Origin: an uncultured Thermoplasmatales archaeon
GTDB lineage: Archaea > Thermoplasmatota > E2 > DHVEG-1
Assembly: GCA_964517155.1 (NCBI GenBank)
Contig: CAZFAZ010000032.1
Coordinates: 1-38,181, forward strand
Reading direction: 5' to 3'
Length of the DNA stretch: 38,181 bases
The position numbers and the translations under genes are program-made. Shown here one piece after another: positions 31,867 through 38,181 of this stretch (the first letter of the stretch is position 1; every line of letters begins with the position of its first letter). The notes below the pieces were generated by a model. The model was not told the origin of the DNA. It saw only the letters and a program-made list of their open reading frames with translations, and searched no databases.

Positions 31867-32317
31867 ATAATATTGCTAAATGTTGTCATGCATTCAAAAA
31901 TTGTTTAAAACCATGTTTTTTCACTCAAAACTCTGGACTTTTTGCATCATTTTTAGTATAATTCGTTATTTTACTGTAATTCTTAAGGAGAAAATACCTA
32001 ATTTTCAAGTTATTTTCTGGTTTTTTAGTAATTTTTGTTAATTTACTATGCTATATATTATCGGTCATACTAAAATTATTAAAATTTAGTTTGCTAGACA
32101 TAATTTAGCATAATTTTGTATTTTAAAATCGTGTAAATTGTTAACATTTAAATTATTAGTTTAATTGTTATATTAAAAAATAAAGGTTTTTGCTTAATAA
32201 GTTTAATAAAATAAAGCATATTGTTAAACTTAATATTTTTTACAAAAAAACACGAGGAATATTTTTAATTATGTTTGTTTATACATAATCACAAGAAAAT
32301 GTGAGGAGTGGATAAAG

Positions 32318-33085
32318 ATGCATAAAAATCTTAAACTATTTTTGCTGATAATTATATTGGTAAATATTTTTGTTTTTTGTTCTGGTTGTATAGATTCTCA
32401 AAATGATGTTGATCCAGCTTTACAAAAAATCAAGGATGCTGGAAAACTTGTCTTAGGAACTTCAACACCTTATGAGCCAATGGAGTATGTTGATGAATAT
32501 GGAGATATTGTAGGTTTTGATATAGATTTAGCTCATGCAATAGCAGATAGCCTTGGTGTAGACCTTGAGATTAGAGACATGGATTTTGATATACTTCTTA
32601 ATAAGGTTATCTCAGGAGAAATTGATATTGCTATAGCAGCAATTACAATTAACTCAGAAAGATCTGAGAAGGTATCATTTAGCAAACCTTATTTTAATGC
32701 AGGGCAGATTGTTATTGTTAATCTTAGCAATGAAAACATAACTTCTCCTGAAAAGTTATATGATAAAAAAGTAGGCGTACAAAATGGTACTACAAGCAAA
32801 CAAGAAGCAGAAGTATATACTAATTCAAGTTTGGTAATTACTTTTGATGATTATTCAGAGGCGGTTGATCAATTAATAAATGGCAATATTGATGCTGTTA
32901 TTATTGATTATCCTGCAGGCTTTGCACTTGTTAGTGAATATGATAATCTCAAAATTGTTGGAGATCCTTTTACAAATGAGTTTTATGGTGTAGCAATAAA
33001 AAATGGAAACACTGCTTTAAAAACTAAGATTGATACTATAATAAATAGCTATATAATTGATGATATTAAGGAAAAATGGTTTTAG
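32318..33085 (+). CDS. Amino-acid-binding lipoprotein (solute-binding family 3)
   Basis: Lipobox-like FCSGC; YEPMEY, GFDIDLA, ITINSER...FSKPY, GVQNGTT, DAVIID, EFYGVA. No permease or ATPase genes adjacent. Confidence 0.9.
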   Translation: MHKNLKLFLLIIILVNIFVFCSGCIDSQNDVDPALQKIKDAGKLVLGTSTPYEPMEYVDEYGDIVGFDIDLAHAIADSLGVDLEIRDMDFDILLNKVISGEIDIAIAAITINSERSEKVSFSKPYFNAGQIVIVNLSNENITSPEKLYDKKVGVQNGTTSKQEAEVYTNSSLVITFDDYSEAVDQLINGNIDAVIIDYPAGFALVSEYDNLKIVGDPFTNEFYGVAIKNGNTALKTKIDTIINSYIIDDIKEKWF

Positions 33086-33138
33086 TATCTGTATTTATTA
33101 TAAAGTTCATATATGTAGGATGGTGTTAGCAATATAAA

Positions 33139-34593
33139 ATGAAAAAGAAGATTGGTGTTTCATTAAAACTTTCTTTAATAATAATATTGACATCTACTTT
33201 TATTTTTGTTTCTATGTCTTATTTCAATATTAGGGAACAAACTGATTTATTTGAAACATCTTATTCTGAAAAAGCAGAAGCACTGACTCAAGCATTAGAT
33301 GCAAGTATTGGTAGTTACAATCATTTAAACGATAAACAAAAGATTCTTAGTACTATTCTTAGTTTTATTTTTCATAATTCTGATATTTTGAGTATTTCTG
33401 TTAATTTACCTAAAGAAGAGCATCTCGAAGTTTTTTCTTCTAGTAATTCTGATTTAGTTGGTGCTATTTCTTCTGCTGAAAATAAACAGGCTTATGATGA
33501 TAATGAAATTATTAAAATTTCTAGTCATGAAGATGATGTACATAGGTTAACTGTTATATCTCCTATACAGATATCTGGACAGAAAGCAGGTACATATGAA
33601 ATTATTTTTTCACTTGATAAATATTATAATGCATTAAATATGCGTATTTTTAATCTGATTGTTATAGCAGTCTCTTTCATAGTTGTTTTAGTTATTATTT
33701 TTCTTTTACTTTTAAGAATTACTATAATTAAGCCTATTAATATTTTCAAAAATGTTATTGATAAAATAGGTAAAGGCAATTTAGATGCTCGTATACAAAT
33801 AAAATCTCATGATGAATTTTCAGATCTTGCAGAAGCATTTAACAAAATGACGCAGGATTTGCAAGAAAGAACTCAAGATGTAAAAAAACTTTTGAAACAA
33901 AAAGATGATTTTATTAATCAACTTGGTCACGATCTTAAGACACCACTTACTCCAATTATAACGCTACTACCACTTGTTAAGAAACGAGTAGATGATGAAA
34001 AATCTAAAGAAATGCTTGATATCTCTATTAAAAATGCTGAATACATGAAAAATCTTGTAGTGAAAACATTGCAGCTTGCTCGTTTAAATTCACCTACTCT
34101 TGGACTTGAATTAAAAAAAATAAATTTACTTGAAGAACTAAAAAGAATTCTAGAGAATAAATCTTATATTTTTAGTGAAAGCAATATTATTATTGAAAAT
34201 AAAATAGATGATAAGTTATTTGTTTATGCTGATAAAATAAGAATCCAGGAACTTTTTGATAATCTGATTTCTAACTCGATTAAATACATTGGAAAAAATG
34301 ATGGAAAAATAACATTTAATGCCAAAATAGAAGAAAATGTTGCAGTGATATCTGTCAGCGATACAGGAGTTGGTATGGCAAAAGACAAAATAGGTTTTAT
34401 TTTTGATGAGTTTTACAAGGCAGATTCCTCTCGTCATGATATCGAATCAACAGGATTAGGTTTGTCAATTTGTAAGAGAATAATTGAAAAACATGGTGGT
34501 AGAATATGGGTTGAAAGTCTTGGTGAAAATAAAGGAACAACTTTTTATTTTACTTTGCATATATACGATAGTTCATTACAAAAAAATTATTAA
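33139..34593 (+). CDS. Membrane sensor histidine kinase (2 TM, extracytoplasmic sensor, HAMP, HisKA, HATPase)
   Basis: HAMP ...DEFSDLAEAFNKM; H-box GHDLKTPLT; N-box NLISNSIKY; G1 DTGVG; F-box IFDEFY; G2 TGLGL. Confidence 0.93.
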   Translation: MKKKIGVSLKLSLIIILTSTFIFVSMSYFNIREQTDLFETSYSEKAEALTQALDASIGSYNHLNDKQKILSTILSFIFHNSDILSISVNLPKEEHLEVFSSSNSDLVGAISSAENKQAYDDNEIIKISSHEDDVHRLTVISPIQISGQKAGTYEIIFSLDKYYNALNMRIFNLIVIAVSFIVVLVIIFLLLLRITIIKPINIFKNVIDKIGKGNLDARIQIKSHDEFSDLAEAFNKMTQDLQERTQDVKKLLKQKDDFINQLGHDLKTPLTPIITLLPLVKKRVDDEKSKEMLDISIKNAEYMKNLVVKTLQLARLNSPTLGLELKKINLLEELKRILENKSYIFSESNIIIENKIDDKLFVYADKIRIQELFDNLISNSIKYIGKNDGKITFNAKIEENVAVISVSDTGVGMAKDKIGFIFDEFYKADSSRHDIESTGLGLSICKRIIEKHGGRIWVESLGENKGTTFYFTLHIYDSSLQKNY

Positions 34594-34631
34594 TAAATAT
34601 ATAATTAATTCTTAGAGGCAGGGATAATAAC

Positions 34632-35009
34632 TTGGTTAAAAAAATATTTGTAGTCGATGATAAAACAGACTTGCTTTATTCAGTTAAACAAGGTCTTGAA
34701 GAGATAGATTCAGAATTTGAAGTAATAGGCATTCAAAGCGCAGAAAAATGTCTTGAAAAACTTAGAAATAAAGAACTTCCAGATATCATATTACTAGATA
34801 TTATGATGCCAGGTATGAATGGATGGGAGATGTTTGATAGGCTCAAAGAAAATGACTCTTGGAAAAAAATACCAGTGATATTTCTTACAGCTAGAACCGA
34901 TAAAATTGCAAAAAATGCTGGTAAATTTTTAGCAGAAGATTATATTGAAAAACCTTTCAATATAGAAGATTTGAGGCAGAGGATACATAAAGTAATTAAT
35001 AAAAAATGA
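34632..35009 (+). CDS. Stand-alone response regulator receiver domain
   Basis: VVDD, PDIILLDIMMPGMNGW, IFLTA, YIEKP. Confidence 0.92.
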   Translation: MVKKIFVVDDKTDLLYSVKQGLEEIDSEFEVIGIQSAEKCLEKLRNKELPDIILLDIMMPGMNGWEMFDRLKENDSWKKIPVIFLTARTDKIAKNAGKFLAEDYIEKPFNIEDLRQRIHKVINKK

Positions 35010-35031
35010 AAAAAATGTGATGTGAGGGCAT

Positions 35032-35403
35032 ATGGGAAAAAAAATACTTGTTGTTGACGATGATCCATACATATTGATTACATTACGAGAGTTATTTGAA
35101 AATTATGGATATGAGGTGTATACAGTTCCTAATGGAAAAGATTGTATAGATGAGCTTAAACATGGTTTTAAAGGCGTAGTATTAATGGATATTATGATGC
35201 CTATTATGAGCGGATGGGATACAATCCGGCAGATTGTTAAAGAGGAACTGTATAAAGGAATAATAATATCAATGCTTACGGCAAAGGATGTACCAGATCC
35301 AGATTTTAATGAGCTTAAAAAGTATATTAAAGATTATATCACAAAACCTTTTGAACCAGCTGAATTAGTATCAATTGTAAAAGGTTATTTTAAAAATAAT
35401 TAA
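35032..35403 (+). CDS. Stand-alone response regulator receiver domain
   Basis: ILVVDDD, VLMDIMMP, MLTAK, YITKPF. Confidence 0.92.
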   Translation: MGKKILVVDDDPYILITLRELFENYGYEVYTVPNGKDCIDELKHGFKGVVLMDIMMPIMSGWDTIRQIVKEELYKGIIISMLTAKDVPDPDFNELKKYIKDYITKPFEPAELVSIVKGYFKNN

Positions 35404-35418
35404 ACTTTTAATATAATT

Positions 35419-35694
35419 TTATAAAATTTTTGCAATTTGAATTAAAAGCTTATTTTTCGAGTCTTTTTGATCGATTAATATTCTTCCTTCTTGACGATAA
35501 GGTTTTGAAGAATGAAAGGTTTCTTTTTCTAATATCGGGTTTAAATCAAGTGATTTTGCAGCCTTTAAAATATTATCGATAGACGGTTTTTCGACTGCGT
35601 ATTTGCTAGAAACCCGTCTACCTTTTAATCTTGAAACTGATTTATCAAAATAAATAGGGTATACAACGTATTTTTCTTCTCCTCTTGAAACCAT
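35419..35694 (-). CDS. srp19: Signal recognition particle protein Srp19
   Basis: VYPIYFD...SR..GRRV....AVEKP...EGRI...K..LL..IA; next to rps8e as is usual in archaea. Confidence 0.92.
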   Translation of the reverse strand: MVSRGEEKYVVYPIYFDKSVSRLKGRRVSSKYAVEKPSIDNILKAAKSLDLNPILEKETFHSSKPYRQEGRILIDQKDSKNKLLIQIAKIL

Positions 35695-35717
35695 AAATTA
35701 TCACAAAAATAATAAAA

Positions 35718-36101
35718 TTATTTTGTTAAAAGTACTGCGTTGATAGTTCCGCTTTGTCCAGGTCGTGATGTTACTTTTGCTTTTCCAATTTTTGTCTCAA
35801 TTATTGCGCCTTTGTTTATTATGTTTCTTCGTACATAGTGTATATTTGCAGGGTTTTCTTTAACTGTTGTAATTTCTGTCTTTGTAGTTTTTTGTGTTTT
35901 TGGATCTAACACATATGCTATATCTGAAGTTTTAACTCTTGTTTTTCTGTTATTTCCTTTTGTTCTTACTATTTTTAAGCTGTTTTTGCCAATAGTTGTA
36001 AGATGTGTTTCCCGGCCTATTTCAAATTTTCTTTTACCGCGCATATAGCGTATTCTGCGACCTGTTCTGCTTCTTTTTGCTTTACCCTGCCAAAGTGCCA
36101 T
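35718..36101 (-). CDS. rps8e: 30S ribosomal protein S8e
   Basis: MALWQG...TG.R....KRKFEIGR, ENPAN.HYVRRNII.KG, VTSRPGQSG.INAVL. Confidence 0.97.
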   Translation of the reverse strand: MALWQGKAKRSRTGRRIRYMRGKRKFEIGRETHLTTIGKNSLKIVRTKGNNRKTRVKTSDIAYVLDPKTQKTTKTEITTVKENPANIHYVRRNIINKGAIIETKIGKAKVTSRPGQSGTINAVLLTK

Positions 36102-36318
36102 TAAAAACTCGGAATGGGGAAGTAATATTTAAATAATATGTCTGATACACCCTTAATTTACTGTTTTATAGGTATTTTGGAAATTTGATTACCTTGATTT
36201 TTTAATCTGTTATACACAACAAATTTTAAAAAATAAAGCTATTTTTTATATAAAATGTTGCAAAAATGTTTTTTCAAAGAAACATTTAAATAAAATATAA
36301 GATTTCAAATTTGAGGAG

Positions 36319-36504
36319 ATGTCTGAAGGAAAAAAAACAGATGTTAAATGTGTAAATTGTAAACATAGTTATTCTTATTTTAAACAGATAACAAACGAAA
36401 AAGGTTTACCTGATTTTATAACTATACCTCGTTGTAGACTTGACCATGAGATACTACCAGATGGCACACCACTATGCTTAGATTGCTTTGAACCAAGAAG
36501 ATAA
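36319..36504 (+). CDS. Small Cys/His-rich hypothetical protein (61 aa)
   Basis: GAGGAG immediately upstream, TATA-like TTTAAATA; CVNCKH...CRLDH...CLDC. Confidence 0.6.
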   Translation: MSEGKKTDVKCVNCKHSYSYFKQITNEKGLPDFITIPRCRLDHEILPDGTPLCLDCFEPRR

Positions 36505-36508
36505 AAAA

Positions 36509-36874
36509 TCAAAGTTTTTTGGCTTCTGTTAGCACTTCATCGACATGTCCATTTACCTTTACATTATCCCATATTCTTCTAATTTTTCCACTTTCATCGA
36601 TTAAAAAAGTAGTGCGAATTGTTCCAAGAAATTCTTTTCCCATAAATTTTTTCATTCTCCATACGCCATATTTTTGATGGATTTCTTTGTCTTCATCAGA
36701 TATTAAAGTTAAATTAAGATTCTTATTTTCAATAAATTTTCTATGAGATAAGCAACTATCTTTGCTTACACCAAGTATTGTTGTATTGTTTTTTTCAAAC
36801 TCTGGTTTATATTTGGTAAACATCATAGCTTCCATTGAGCATCCTGGAGTGTTGTCTTTTGGATAAAAATGCAA
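36509..36874 (-). pseudogene. bcp: 5'-truncated peroxiredoxin Bcp/PrxQ (3' fragment next to an integrase)
   Basis: FYPKDNTPGCSMEA (peroxidatic Cys), GVSKD, LISD, RTTFLID and V.GH are intact. The usual N-terminal 30-35 aa are absent and an in-frame TAA lies six codons upstream of the TTG. Confidence 0.8.
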
Positions 36875-38181
36875 GAATTGTATTAGGTTTTAAACAAGTT
36901 TTATATACTATAAAAAACATACTTTTATTTGGGTAATTGTATGGATCATAAAGAAAAACATATTCAACAAATCTTATTAGGAAAATTTACAGCTGATAAT
37001 AAACCGCTTATCAAAAATAATAATCATTTAGAGATTGCTCTGCAATATAAAACGCTTAGAGAAAAGGTCGACAAAGTCAATATTAACACGATTGATGCTG
37101 ATTTAATCGCTATATTACATCTAAGTATCTTCTTAGGTAAAAAAGAGTTTAAACAAGCAACTAGAACCGACATAATGAATTTTAGCGATTATCTTAAAAA
37201 TGTAAAGAAAAACAGCGAAAGTACAACAAGCCTTTACCTTATGAAAATTAAAAGATTCTATAAATTTGTATATGAACCTGATTTATATGCAAATGGTAAA
37301 ACAGATCAGAAAGATATAAAATATCCTGATGCTGTAAGATGGATAACTTATGATGATAACAGCAAAGAATTACCCTTAGATAATATTCCAACTAAAAAAG
37401 AAATAACTAAATTATTTAATGCATGTAAAGATGTACGAGATCAAGTAATAATTACAAGTCTTTTAGATGGCGGACTCCGTAAAAGTGAACTTATAAGTCT
37501 TAGAATACGCAATGTAAAATTTGATAATGATCTTAAGAAGTATTATTTCATACTCCCTAAAAAAACAAGAGGGTTAAAAACAGGGCAGCGTTTTATACAG
37601 CTCTTTTTAATTGGTTCTAGTACGGCATATATTAAGGATTATCTTAATCACCACGAATTTAAAAACAACCCTGATGCACCCTTTATTTATTCACAGGATA
37701 CAAGCGTTAAATTTTATCATCCTGAAGGTAAAATTTTAACAGATATGGGAATCAATGAAATAATAGATCGTATTGTTAAAAATTCAGGGATAAAAACACA
37801 TATCACGCCCCACACTTTACGCCATATATCTGCAACTTGGTGTTGTATCAAAGGTTTTAATGAAGCGATGCTTAGAGAAAGATTTGGATGGTCTAGAACG
37901 TCTAAAATGCCTTCTAGATATGTGCATTTAGCAAATACAGACATGAAAAATAAGATAATGGAGATACTTGGAATTAAGAAAGAAGATTTAAACCAACAAG
38001 ATGAACTTCAATCTATTGTTTGCTGGAATTGCCAAGAAGAAAATCCTTTTAGTTATAATTACTGTTTTAAATGCGGGGTTGATCTAAATAAACAAGATGA
38101 AATACCCAAAGCGGTTGATATTGGATTAGGCGTACAAAAAACAATGAGTACGGACAAAATCTATCAAATGATGTATAAAGA
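36875..38181. mobile_element. Left end of a putative integrated element inserted in bcp
   Basis: The integrase starts 67 bp from the point where bcp homology stops abruptly; the other end is outside the window. Confidence 0.6.
36941..38181 (+). CDS. Tyrosine recombinase/integrase with C-terminal zinc ribbon (runs off the window; not in ORF track)
   Basis: Hand translation from ATG 36941 (MDHKEKHIQQ...) is open to the window end: GGLRKSE (R), GLKTGQR (K), PHTLRH (HxxR), FGW, PSRYVHL (Tyr nucleophile), then CWNC...NP...YCFKCG. Confidence 0.93.
   Translation, partial: MDHKEKHIQQILLGKFTADNKPLIKNNNHLEIALQYKTLREKVDKVNINTIDADLIAILHLSIFLGKKEFKQATRTDIMNFSDYLKNVKKNSESTTSLYLMKIKRFYKFVYEPDLYANGKTDQKDIKYPDAVRWITYDDNSKELPLDNIPTKKEITKLFNACKDVRDQVIITSLLDGGLRKSELISLRIRNVKFDNDLKKYYFILPKKTRGLKTGQRFIQLFLIGSSTAYIKDYLNHHEFKNNPDAPFIYSQDTSVKFYHPEGKILTDMGINEIIDRIVKNSGIKTHITPHTLRHISATWCCIKGFNEAMLRERFGWSRTSKMPSRYVHLANTDMKNKIMEILGIKKEDLNQQDELQSIVCWNCQEENPFSYNYCFKCGVDLNKQDEIPKAVDIGLGVQKTMSTDKIYQMMYK

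Noticed and set aside
30583..32098. Imperfect inverted repeat (TCTAGCAA/TTGCTAGA) and direct AAAATCGTG match flanking the recombinase cassette as element ends
   Set aside because: Only 8-9 bp exact matches in very AT-rich DNA, expected by chance; an empty-site comparison is needed.
36858..36887. dif-like site at the bcp junction (TTTGGATAAAA...)
   Set aside because: One arm loosely resembles archaeal dif, but there is no matching second arm at 6-bp spacing, and the sequence is explained by FYPK codons.

Overview
This is very AT-rich archaeal chromosomal DNA (roughly 30% GC by eye). Gene content suggests a Thermoplasmatota archaeon, possibly a sediment lineage such as MBG-D/Thermoprofundales; that assignment is inference. 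Core genes are srp54, srp19, rps8e, aIF-1A/rio1/KH-Dim2, aCPSF1/psmB, a NOG1 GTPase, a RibK-type riboflavin kinase, glycerate kinase, trkA, tRNA-Asn(GTT) and the 3' end of a probable tRNA-Leu. Accessory loci are: (i) a type IV pilus-like locus (pilin-like protein and HerA/DUF87 ATPase, divergent from a secretion ATPase and TadC-like platform) converging on a bacterial-type polX-ligA pair; (ii) two large secreted proteins; (iii) a candidate sRNA hairpin with a C-rich loop beside a TrmB-like regulator; (iv) a short serine recombinase with a degenerate HNH gene and a perfect 18-bp palindrome; (v) an orphan amino-acid-binding lipoprotein in front of a HAMP histidine kinase and two stand-alone receivers; (vi) a zinc-ribbon tyrosine integrase, absent from the ORF track, whose element appears to have split the peroxiredoxin gene bcp. 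No database searches were possible, so family calls rest on motif recognition.
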